DNA of 55,565 nucleotides, filler included, from Bipalium vagum (Eukaryota), in assembly GCA_037834085.1 (NCBI GenBank). It is 3 parts of 3 records of this genome, joined end to end, with 100 filler letters (N's around TTAATTAATTAA, not from the genome) between each part and the next. Parts side by side here need not be neighbours in the genome. Positions count along the whole stretch, not along the records: positions 38,662 to 55,565 come from JBBMKC010087152.1; 2 more parts are not named here. One strand, given 5' to 3'. Position numbers and translations under genes: made by a program. Below, piece by piece: positions 41,025-52,543 of the stretch. How positions within the stretch are numbered: the first letter of the stretch is position 1; every line of letters starts with the position of its first letter. The notes under the pieces are model-generated. The model had not been told where the DNA came from, made no database searches, and worked only from the letters and a program-made list of their open reading frames with translations.

Positions 41025-41766
41025 TTTCTGCAAAAATCGTTCCCAAAAATTTGTCTGATGAGCAAAAAGAATATCGCCTGTTCATTTGCTAGTTGTTGAA
41101 TCACTTGAAAACACAATCAAACTTTATGGATCAAGTAATAACAAGAGACGAAACTTGCAGATTTGAATACGATTCATAAGCAGAACGCCAAAGCGCAGAA
41201 TGGCACACTCCATCATCACCAAGGCCAAAGAAATTTCGCATGAGCAAATCAATGATCAAGAGCATGCTTATCGTCTTTTTTCATTGTTGTTGCATTATGC
41301 ATAAAGAATTCGTCCCATCGGGCCAGACAGTGAGCGGAAGGTTTTATCGTGAGGTTCTTGACTGTTTAAGAAAACGTTTTTTGACCCGATATCAGTGATT
41401 CTTGGATTTTGCATCATAAGAATGCTTTCAGTCATAACTCACTATTGATTCGAGAATTTCTGGCTAAAGAAAAGATTCCAGTGCTTCCACATCCTCCCTA
41501 CAGTCTAGATATAGCCCCATGTGATTTTTATCCTTTTCGAAATATCAAACTACAGTTAAAAGGTCATCATTACGGGACAGTAGACAACATTCAGAAAATC
41601 ATAAGGGTTTTGAAAAGTCTAACGGAATCAGACTTCCAGAAATGTTATCTGGAATTGAAATAGTGTTGGGAACGGTGTGTGCATTCATAAGGAGCATACT
41701 TTGAAGGTGATAATAGTAAATTGCAGATAACTTGTAAATGTTGTGTTAAAATAAAAAATTCTCATT
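41025..41766 (+). mobile_element. 5'-truncated mariner (irritans-like)
   Basis: ITRDET..FEYD, PSSPRPKKFRMSKS.IKSMLIVFF, LHHKNA.SH, VLPHPPYSLDIAPCDFY.F, GAYFEGD. Confidence 0.88.
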
Positions 41767-41849
41767 AGGTGTATCGTTTGATAAAATACAAGGAAGCCAA
41801 GTGTGACATTAACAATACAAGATAAAAATATTGAAATGTTATGAGAATG

Positions 41850-44030
41850 AAGACATTGGAGAACTGGTATGGATAAATCTAGTCAGATGCAATGAAAAAT
41901 TATGGTGTGCGAATGATAGCGAAATGAAGGTGAAAAGAATCAAAAATTAGCAGAATCAAAAATTTTATAGTTGTGAATAAAATAACACCAAATATCATTG
42001 GAGGCATAGAGTTACAGGAATTGAGCTGATCCGAATTACGTTGGAGGATGAAAGCTTTCACTTATGCACTATCGAAGCAAAATTGGGAAGAAAGGTACAC
42101 AAGGAAGAAAGATTTCGAAAAGATCTGAAATCTATAAAGGTGGCGGATGGATCTAGACTGTGTGAAGTAAATTGAAAAAACGCGGATGCATTTATGACAG
42201 ATAAATGGGATGCCGGGTGCACCAGTCTACTTAAACATAGAATAGTCATAAGAAGAAACTCAATAAACGTTAAGGCATGGGGGGAACCTGTAAAAGAAAA
42301 GACAAGATTAATGAATCGATTGACAATTTATATGTGAATAACATCATCAAGAAGTGCAGCTCGGTCTGGTAAACACCTCTGATATGCTTTTGGAAGAAAG
42401 AAAAGAAGGAAATTGGACTCTATCTAGATTTATGACGACTAAACTTGCTCACGGGAAGACAGGCCTCCTCCACGCCGAATGTAGATGAGGTGCTGGGTAG
42501 ACTAAATGAAGCCGTTTATTTCGGCTATATCGACCTCGAAATAAAGATTCAAAGGAAAAGACAGCATTCTCGACAAAAGCAGGGTAGTTCTGTTTCAATC
42601 GCATGCCATTCGGAATCGCTGCAGCACCAGGTACATTCCAAGAATTGATGACCAAAATCCTGAGAGATATGAGAGGAACTGTTGTGTATCTAAATGATAT
42701 TCTAATACACTCTGAAGGCCTAGAGGAACACTACGAACGCTTAAATTTAAGTGATGGACAACGGATAAATCCAGACAAATGCTCATTTATACAGAAAGAA
42801 ATAGAAATTTTGGAGCATATTATCAGCAATGAGGGTGTGAGAGCCGACCCTACGAAAGTCAATGCTATAAACCGCAATTATCGGCGTTTCATCAAGGGTT
42901 ATGCAAACCAGGCGAGAGCATTAGAGGAACTTTGTGGACGGAATAAAAGAAACTAATTTGGACAGAATCGTGCATTACAGCCTTTTTAGAGTTGAAAACA
43001 GCCCTTACCAATCCATCAATCCTAAGCTACCCAGACCTTCGAAGAAAATTTACTTTAAGTACGGACTACAGTTTTGAAACGATTGGATAAGTGCTAACCC
43101 AAAAAACAAGGAAAGTTAGGAAAGAGTTATTGCATATGGATTCCATGCAATGTCCGACCAGGAAGGATACTGCATTACCAGAAATTATTATTACCAGCTC
43201 TAATCAATTTACAACTTCTGCAATCATCTCAAACACTATCTATATGGTAAAAGATTCATATTAAGGATAGATTACAAGTCCATTACATTTATGATCATGT
43301 AAAAAAAATCGATCACTCCACAGTTCCAGATTTGGATAAATTATTTAAGCAGCTTAGATGTGAAACTAGAACATCAACAGGGAGTCAGTAATTTGAATGC
43401 AGACCCTATGTCAATATTAAAATGTGAAATGTGTTCGCTTTGCTAAATGGTGCACGAAGAAGCAAAGACCGAAAAAATAAAGACATGGATTTTGACAAAG
43501 GAAGGCCACAAATTGCAGCATGAAAATGAGGAAATTAGAAAAATAAAAGAAAGTGTTGTAAAAGGACAAGGTGCAAAATTTATCGTAATTAATAACGTCG
43601 TTCGTACTAAGAACTGACGAATATGGGTACCAAGGAATAAATGGGAAGAAATGATTGAAGAGACACATAAACAAATTTGTCATGCTGGAATACAAAAATA
43701 CGTTGAGATATCTACAAGACAGATAGGAAATGGGTGTCGGAAGAAGTACATAGTTGGAATTATCGAACAATTTAGCAAATACATTTCTCTAACAGCCACG
43801 GCAAGACAGGATGAGGACACAATATGGTATACATTTAGAGAAAAATGGATTCTACGTTTTGGAGCACCAAAAGAGATCCATATGGATTGGGGCATATCAT
43901 TTTAATCAAGAAAGATCAAGAACTCGCTACAAAAGGCCGGAATCGGAATCTTCATGTCCAGCCCGTATCACCACCAAAATCCTCCCCAAAGTAGAGTTGG
44001 TATTAAATGCAACGGTACAGAACACAATCT
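41850..44030 (+). mobile_element. Degenerate Ty3/gypsy LTR retrotransposon pol (RT-RNaseH-integrase)
   Basis: RT MPFGIAAAPGTFQELM...VVYLNDILI (YxDD decayed), KCSF...LEHIIS..GVRADP.KV, YRRFIKGYA. RNase H F...TD.S...IG.VL.Q...VIAY. Integrase H..ICHAG, SKYI...WILRFGAPKEIHMD.G. Confidence 0.92.
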
Positions 44031-44034
44031 CTAA

Positions 44035-44770
44035 GTCAGATTGGTTGGCGAAGAATAACAACTGTCAGGGAAAATCGGATTATTTTGAGATGCGTCAAAA
44101 AGAATTGGCGTGCGTCGGTGGATACACTCTCTCTACAATTTAATAAGGCAGATAATATAATTGTCTCGTCATCAACTATCAGAAACCAATTTAAAGAGAT
44201 AGGTTTTCACAGTCGAATGGGCAAGAAAAACCTCTCATTTCTAAGAAAAATATCAAAGAAAGGGTAGAGTCGGTCAGAAGACTTCTGAGTGATCACATGG
44301 ATTAGAACACACTAATATGGTCGAACGAAAGCAAAATTAATTTATTTCGGAACGATGGAATAGTTACTGTGTAGAGAACTATAAAAGAAGGACTGAAGGT
44401 ATAGTGTCTCCGACCGACAGTTAAACATGGTGTGGATCAGTCATGGTATAAGGATGTTTTCGAGTGCTATAGTGGGGAAATTACATTTCATCAATGACAT
44501 AATGAGAAAGGAAGATTATCTTAACATTTTGAAATAAAAATTGGTGCAAACCTCCCAAAAAATTGGTATAAAAATAATTTCAAGTTTCAACATTATAAGG
44601 ATCCAAAACAAACGTCGAATATTGTGACAAAGTGGCTTGAAAATATAGGTATTGAGGTCATGAAATGTGTTGGTCAATCAAGGGATATAAATCCTATTGA
44701 GAATCTGGGCCTACTTGAAAAAAAAATCAGGGAGAGGGAGATAAAAAGGAAAGAAATGTTAATGGTTAAA
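44035..44770 (+). mobile_element. Degenerate Tc1-like (DD34E) transposase
   Basis: ITTVRENRII.R, VSSSTIRNQFKE.GF, IWSNESKINLF..DG, PTVKHG.GSVMV, FQHYKDPK, QSRDINPIENLG. Confidence 0.85.
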
Positions 44771-44977
44771 AGAATCATTTGACAATTAGCTTGTAAGCTG
44801 TGAAAAGGCCCTAAGACGATTTGCCAGTCCTAACGGCTGTGTAAATTATAAACAAAAAAAGAATATAAGATTAAAGAAAAAGAGAAATAATCATATTTTC
44901 AAGAAACTAATGATTATTGGAAAGTAATAATGATTGTAAATATTTCTTGTGTAATTTGAATACAAATTACCAAGATT

Positions 44978-44979
<2 letters not shown>

Positions 44980-45027
<48 letters not shown>
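44980..45027. repeat. (AAT)n microsatellite
   Basis: Direct reading. Confidence 0.9.
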
Positions 45028-45029
<2 letters not shown>

Positions 45030-48000
45030 CAATTATAATTATCTAATAGATACTTTGCATATATATTTTGAATTTGGTTAATGTCTGTTTTGGATTTAAT
45101 GGAACTTCTTTAATTCGAAATTTTCTCCGTGAGGGTATATTGCAACTATGTTCGTGACTTGTCTGTGTGGGTTTCTTATTACTGACGTCTTAACTTGTTC
45201 TGCGTCCTTGAGGTTTTGGGTGACCTTAAATTGCTTTTTACTACTTTTTTAAAGTCATATGCTGACCTTAAATGTCTTTTAAAATTTGGGTCATACTATA
45301 TTTAAAATTATTTTGTTTCAAATTTAAGTTTTCACCTAATTTTTTATTCCTTTTTAATTATTTTTTAGTTTTGATTTCTATTTATAGAAAGTTGAACTTT
45401 CTATTTTTAAATTATATATAATAATAAATATATTTTTTGAAACAATAATATGATAATAATAAGAAGAAAAAGAATATTAATTTATAATTGTTAGGAAAAT
45501 TGAAATTTTTAGAGGTTTTTATTTTACATTAAAATTGATTACAAATATCAACAGTTTTTATCACATACTTTAATTGTTTTTATTACAAATATTTAGTACT
45601 TTTTTGTTTATATGTCATAAATATAATCGTACGAATAATTCTTGTGGTCTTAATTTCCTAAGTATCTAAACCTAAGTCCATAGATTTTTGAAAATATATT
45701 TATCTTTATGCTATTTGATACTTATAGATTAATATTCTGTAGATTTGATTACAATTATTTTTCAATAAGAAAGTGTCATACTGATTTATAAATTGAAATA
45801 TTTTATAAATGAAGTGATCGTACGAACATTTCTTGTAGGTATTATATGTATACTACTATTTACTTGTTATTATTTTATATAATTATTTCAATTTAATAAA
45901 TTTATTTTAATTAATCTTTTATGAATAATTTTATTAATTTTGATTTTATTTTAATTTTTTAATTATTAGCTTACTATTTTTTCAATTATTAATTTTTATT
46001 TTTTATATAATTTTTAAAAATTATTAATTAAAAACAGCTTATTAAAAAAATTAAGTTTTTTTAAAAGGATTACTTTATTGGTGATAGTTGTAGGAAATTT
46101 AATAACAAATCGAGATTCATCAAAACATATATTAAATCTTTAACTGAGTAAGGTCTTTAATTTTGGTTTTCAGTGTTTAATTTCATAAGTATTCTTTATT
46201 AATTTTAATTCTTCTAAAGTTCATTTATTTTTTAAACTATTTTTAAGCTTTTGGAGTTTTTCATTATAAATGTTGTTTTTCATATGTTTTAACCTTAGAA
46301 CCTGACCAGGTACATGATAAACTATAACATTTACTTTGAACTGTTATTAAAATTTGACTGTTATATTTAATGATCGTGGATGTAAACATAAAAATGTATA
46401 CACTAAAATATGTACACAATGAAAGCAAGCTTAAATAAATGTTGTACTTGTTGAAAATTAACTTTTGTTCATTATATTTATCATTATTATAACAATTTAT
46501 TATAAAATAAAATATCACCAAACAAGAAAGATTATTTTTTTTATTTAATCTCACATTTAAATTTTTACTTTATTCTTTTCATTTGACTGGTGCATAAAAC
46601 GAATTTATGTTTAAAAATATAATTGTTTTAATCATTAAATATCTTTGTATATGCAAAACCGATTGATGAATAATATAAAAAAACATTTTTAATATATCCA
46701 AATCGATAAAGAAAAATATTGTTAAATATCGAAAATCAATAAAATAATTTTAATATTTTACTATTTTTGAGAATATTTTATTCATATTTATTTTATTTCA
46801 GTTACCGTAAATACAATATGTCCACGGGTAACAAACACTAATAAAACATTTTTAAAATACACTGTCTCTGAAACGGTTAAAAATAATTTTTTAAAAAAAA
46901 GAAGATTAATAATAAAATAATATTTCTTCATTTTAAAAATATCAAAGTAAATCGGACAGCGATTCTTAGGATGAATTCCGATCAAACCTCAAATTAAAAA
47001 CTCTGTGAAATTAAATTAATCGGGTGCAAAAAGAATAAATAAAACATTTGGGAAATCCAAAAATCAGTTCATGATCAAAGTTAGTGTTTTGATGAAAAGA
47101 AAAAATATTTTTCTTATTATTTAAAATAATATATTATGTGCGAATAATAATTATTTATATTGAATTTTACGATCTCAACATGTTGTGTAATTGTTTATAT
47201 CACAGCTGTGGAGACCCTTGAATTGTTAAACTTCCTTGGAAACTTGAGATTTATTAACATTTTAATTATTGGGCTGGTAAATAAATTCGTGTGCTTTTCA
47301 ATAGTGAAATTTCCAGACAATTATATATTGGTAAGGTTTAGAAATAAAATTGTATCCGAAGATTTGGACAGCAAAATTGTATATTTTCGTTATATGTGAT
47401 TGGAAAAAAAGTATGAGTCCTGGAGACAGGAAGGTGTACATAAAGCTGAATCCTTATAAAAACCCACGTGCAAAAACTACTTTATAAGGTGTACATCTAT
47501 AAATATTACACTTTATATTAAACCTTATGAATAATAAACCTTATAAATAATAAATCTTATTTATAAATATTTAATTAAGTATTTAATTTATTAATTAAAA
47601 TTGAAATAAAACTAATTTTAAGAATTTTTTTTTAATAATAATTTTTATTTAATGATAATTTTAATAATTAATTTTTATTTTAATAATAATTTTTCTTTAA
47701 AAATGATTCTTTTCATAATTTCGTGTGAAAGAAGTCTCATTTCAGGAATAAAATTTTAAAAATATGATATTTTATGATTTTTTGTTCTATTGGAAGACAA
47801 TTGGAAATGAGCAGTCCAAAGTGAAAGTAAATATAACGATAATCTAATTTTAATTATTAATACTAAATAAGATTATTTGATTTGACTACTTCATGTGAGC
47901 TTCGCATTTAATTATATTAATTTATTAATTCAGTTCACTTTATTAATCTTATTTAAAATGTGTAGTGGTATTACAGTGAATGAGGTTTGAAAATATACAG

Positions 48001-48678
48001 AAATCTAAAAATATAACAAATCCGGCTTAGGTTGAGTATTGATATGTCATATAACGAATTAATAAAAAAATCAATTATTTAAAATAATATTCTCTTATTA
48101 AATTACCAATATTTTATATCATATTCATCTTTGCGTATTGATTAGTTTTTATTGATTAACCATGGTATGCTTTTAGAGTTATTTGTAAGATCTTTTGTTA
48201 GGTTGTTATTATTTCTATTCATAAATATTTCTGACTTGGTTAATATTTGGTAAAATTAACATGATTTAATAATATTTAAAATGTCATAAATAAGTGAGCG
48301 ATGGAAACGTATTCATGTCTCTAATGTTTTCTGATTTGAAGGTAAATTTGATACTAAATATACTCATGTGGCCATTGTTTGAACTGAAAATCCAACCTTA
48401 AGCCTCTTTTTAAATTTTTATAAAAAATAATTAAGACTTAAAAAAATACTCGATTCCCTAAGAAATTCTGAGGGCTTAATGTCTGTCAAGGATTTTACTC
48501 GAAAAAATATATTTGTTTTTATTTTCTATAATTTCCCTCTGACATTGTTAATGAACTTTCTTCAAGTAACAGTTTTTGAATTTATTAAACGAATTTCAAA
48601 TAATATTTCACATTTATTTACCAATTTCATGTAAGATTACCCTGGTCCATGACACTGCTAAGGTCCATGGCAATTGTT

Positions 48679-50208
48679 TTACTTGTCATTTCGAAGAGAG
48701 AAAATAAAATCTTTAATTTTCGAGACCCGAATTATGCCGTCATTTGCGATAAGACTTTCCCTATACTCCTTGTCAGTAATATTGTTTGAAAAACGCACCT
48801 TAAACTTTTGGAGGATACTTATAAGAAACATGAAAAATTCCATTCTGCCCAAGGGTTCTCCAATACATTGCCTTTTCCCGACTGAGAAAGGAATCAGTTC
48901 TTCTCGAGGACTGTATTTTAAGTTTCCATTACTGTCAACATTAAGAAATCGATTCGGGGTAAACTCCCAAGGATTTTGCCAAATATCTGGATCCAGATTG
49001 CTGGCAAGTGAATTTGAAATAATGAAAGTATTTTGAGGAATGAAGTATCCGTTGACGCTGGTATCTGCGAGTGTTTTGCGGGCAATTAAATTAACCGCTG
49101 TTCCTAATCTCATTATCTCATCCATGACGGCTTGGGAATAGATTAAGTTCTTCTTGTCATTCATTGTGGGCGTTCTTTCGTTACCAATTTTGTCCACGAT
49201 TTCCAAATAAATCTTTTCTTGAATATCTGGAAATTTTGACATAAATAAGCAACCCCATACTAAATATTGCGACGTCGTTTCAGAACCGGCCATAAACAAT
49301 TCGAATGAGTTTTGGATCATTTGGGCATCTGTATAGATACCATCGGTCGCAGTTTTCTCTCTCATTTCCTGTTGTTTCATTAGAAATCTGTCAATTAAAT
49401 CTTCCGGTTCCGAACAAAAGTCAAATCTATTCCTGTGCTCCTCAATTTCTTGATAAAAAAAGGACTGAATCTTTTTAACTTTTGTCAACGGAATGATAAA
49501 ATTTATCATAAGTTTATTGAAAAAAACCCCATTGTTTAACAGTGGGAACATGACGGAAATCCAAGTAACATAATCCGTATTTCTTCCCAACTTTTTCATA
49601 AGGTACTCAATACTTTTTAGATTCTGATCTTCTCTAGAAAAGCGCTTGTTCATTATGAATTTGCAAATTATATTAGCCGTGTAAAGCGGAATCAGTTCAG
49701 CAAAGTCGACAGATTTACCACCAAATTTCATCAGCTCATCCAGTAAAAATTGACATTCGTTTTGAACACTGTCAAAGAACTTTGCTTTACCAAGTCCAAA
49801 ATCTCGAATAACACTCAAAAGAAAGGATCGCTGATTAGCCCAACTTTCTCCTTCCGTATAAAATGTTCCCGAGTTCTTCGAAAGTATTAGTATCCATTCA
49901 ATATTCGATCTTCCTAAAAACAAATCACCATTCTCCTTTAACGACTTGTTAATGACGTCGTAGCTATTCAATATTACAAAATCTCTCATTCCTAATCTAA
50001 CTTTATATATTGGTCCATATGTCCTACTTAATTTTGCAAAATGAAGCATGAGAGTAGGCTTTAATTGAGGAATGATTCCCAATATTGGATATCCCTTCTC
50101 ATAAGATAGTTCCTTTAAACCTTCGGGAATGATACATTTATGTGAGTTGGAATAATAAAGTAAGTAGATTAATAAAGTGCAAATGACAAAACCTACTAGT
50201 ATTAACAT
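48679..50208 (-). CDS. Cytochrome P450, CYP2 clan, single coding exon, ~509 aa
   Basis: Uninterrupted ORF. The first in-frame ATG (50208) opens a signal-anchor MLILVGFVICTLLIYLLY. Motifs WANQR (WxxxR), AGSETTS (I-helix), EIMR (ExxR), PNRF (PERF) and FSVGKRQCIG (heme Cys) are present. The ORF-track start at 50262 is a TTG. Confidence 0.95.
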   Translation of the reverse strand: MLILVGFVICTLLIYLLYYSNSHKCIIPEGLKELSYEKGYPILGIIPQLKPTLMLHFAKLSRTYGPIYKVRLGMRDFVILNSYDVINKSLKENGDLFLGRSNIEWILILSKNSGTFYTEGESWANQRSFLLSVIRDFGLGKAKFFDSVQNECQFLLDELMKFGGKSVDFAELIPLYTANIICKFIMNKRFSREDQNLKSIEYLMKKLGRNTDYVTWISVMFPLLNNGVFFNKLMINFIIPLTKVKKIQSFFYQEIEEHRNRFDFCSEPEDLIDRFLMKQQEMREKTATDGIYTDAQMIQNSFELFMAGSETTSQYLVWGCLFMSKFPDIQEKIYLEIVDKIGNERTPTMNDKKNLIYSQAVMDEIMRLGTAVNLIARKTLADTSVNGYFIPQNTFIISNSLASNLDPDIWQNPWEFTPNRFLNVDSNGNLKYSPREELIPFSVGKRQCIGEPLGRMEFFMFLISILQKFKVRFSNNITDKEYRESLIANDGIIRVSKIKDFIFSLRNDK

Positions 50209-50364
50209 CAGGATAGTACAATATATCAATTTATCAATCGTGGTGATATTTAACCAAAACAAAGACCCAGGACACCATTGAACTTTGGCATGATCATATT
50301 AATCAATGATATGGTTTTTTATTAATAATAATAATATTAATATTAATATTAATTAATAATTCAT

Positions 50365-51190
50365 GTCGACTTAAGATTTTCTTTTTTAGCTTTTCGACAT
50401 TCAGTTCCAGTTTTTGATCATCTTCATCTTTCGGGATATATCACCGATCGTGTATTTTCTGTACCACTCTGTAGAGTGCTATTAATCTCTCTTGGCCTTT
50501 ATTTCGAACTTCCACTTTTACCTGTACCTTGTCTCCTACTTTGAACTTCCTTTTAGTGAGAGTTGATGGATATTTCTTCCCTTGGACTGACAGCCGTTTC
50601 TACGGTTTTCCTATCGAACACCATTTCTCCTGGACTGGTTCAGATTGAACTCTGTACTGTGAAATTTAAAGCAAATTTGATTTCCACCCACTCCGGTTTC
50701 TTTCTTTCAGCCAATGTGGTGTCTGTGAGGTCTCTGACGATTCTAAATTGTCTCCCGATCTGGTCGCTTGTATTATGATGAAAGGGCTAGAATATTATTA
50801 TTTCATTTCTGCACCTATATGTTTCGCAAATTCCCGCATTCCTTCGGAAACAAATACTCAATTTCAAGATCCTCTTTCTTAGTATATCCTTAGTTACAGT
50901 TTGATTGTCCTGAGAAGATAATGCAGTCAATGAAATATAATTGATTCATGATTTCCATAATATACTTTTACCGTCTCGAAGCATCTCTTAACGGACCACA
51001 AATATCTACATTTGTGTTCTCGAACATTGCTAGAGTTTCTAGCTTGTATGTCTTTTCCTTTGTTGTGTTTTTGATGTTTTAAAACATTGGTAATATTCAC
51101 AAGTTTTCAATATCTTCCTTGCCTTTTCTTCCAGATTCTTTACATCAAATATATTACTTAAATAGTACGCAACTTTTTAGACCCCGTGTT
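50365..51190 (-). mobile_element. Ty3/gypsy integrase relic immediately upstream of the CYP gene
   Basis: Minus strand TCEY.QC, VDICGPL, YISLTALSSQDNQTV, FVSEGMREFAKHIG, SSPFHH.TSDQI.RQFR, FALNFTVQSS..TSPGEMVF. Confidence 0.82.
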
Positions 51191-51269
51191 TTACTGTAAA
51201 AGCTTTACTGTACTTTTTAGAACTAAAAAAAAGATATTTTAAATAAATTCATTTGGCATTCAGTAAAAA

Positions 51270-52543
51270 ATTATGGGTGTCCATACGTAATCAATTATTT
51301 TTAGTATGCAGTGTTTGCTTCATTCTAGCTCAGACCCTGAATATATAAACACGTGTTTTATTACGCTAAATTACAATCATTGACCTTGAATTTTGATAAA
51401 TTAAATTCAGACGTTTTTATTATTCTGATATAAAATGGCGAAGAATCAACCAAAAGAGGAACATTTACGTCATTGCATACTGTTTCATTTTCGATCGGGT
51501 GTTAATGCACCGTTGCAACAAAGAAGATTTGTGATGTGTATGGAGACGTATTAAAAGTGAATAAGTGCCAACATTGGTTTTGAAAATTTTCAAATGGTGA
51601 TTTTGGCTTGTCTGATAGCGCTCAAACTGGACGCCCGGTAGGGTTTGATAAAGACGCTTTAAAAGCACTGGTGGAAACGAATCCCAAAATTAGTATCCAG
51701 GAAATAGCAAAAACTCTTCAGCTACTTGGTCAACAGTTCAAAGACATCTTAAAGAAATCGGGAAGGTTTACAGGCAGGGTATATGGGTCCCACATCTATT
51801 GTCGGAGATGAATAAAGATCAACGGCGTACAATTTGCACATCTCTTTTGTGCAGACAAAGAAATGATCCGCTTTTAAGAAGGATTCTTACTGGTGATGAG
51901 AAAGGGGTTTTTTCGTTTTCATCAACAAGCGCACCAAGCAATGGCTTTCTCCAAATCAACTACCCGTACCCATTCCGAAACAATCCCTCTATCTAAAGAA
52001 GGTATTATTGTGCGTTTGGTGAGACTGTGGTAGCATAATTCATTTTGAACTATTGAAATCAGGAGAAACAGTTACGGCTGAATTGTATTGCCAATAATTG
52101 GATAGATTAAAAAACCAATTGTTCGTAAAACGACCAGATTTGGTTAACAGAAAAGGGGTAATATTGCAACATGATAATGCAAGACCTCGTGCAGCAAAAT
52201 TAACCCAAGAAAAAAAATGCAGCTGGGCTGGGAAGTTTTATCACACCCCATTATTCTTCAGACATAGTGCCATCGGATTTTCATTTATTCCGGTCCATGG
52301 AACATTCCCTGAAGAATCAAAATTTCAAAAATGCCGATGATGTTCGAACTCACCTAGAATCATTTTTCTCTCCAAAGGATACAGAATTTTATGGCCGGGG
52401 AATTGAAACTCTACTAACAAGATGGCAAAAGGTCCTAGACAACGATGGAAATTATATAATCGATTAAAAATAGAAATAAATGTATTTAAATTCTTTTTTT
52501 GTTTTGCCACTTAGATAATTGATTACTTATTGGTACTCCTAAT
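51270..52543 (+). mobile_element. Full-length (~1.27 kb) but frameshifted mariner with both TIRs
   Basis: MAKNQPKEEHLRHCILFHF, WVPHLLSE, LTGDEK, LQHDNARP, PSDFHLFRSM, RWQKVLDNDGNYIID*. TIRs TTATGGGTGTCCATACGTAATCAATTAT and reverse complement TTAGGAGTACCAATAAGTAATCAATTAT. Confidence 0.93.

Noticed and set aside
48674-49036. 120-aa plus-strand ORF
   Set aside because: Antisense shadow of the P450 CDS, with a non-ATG start and no motifs.
2135-50208. Idea that CDO, innexin and P450 form a functional cluster
   Set aside because: The genes are unrelated in pathway, differently oriented, and separated by tens of kb of TEs and two assembly gaps.
50209-50262. ORF-track N-terminal extension of the P450 (TTG start)
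   Set aside because: Non-ATG start in a eukaryote. ATG 50208 directly opens a typical signal-anchor.
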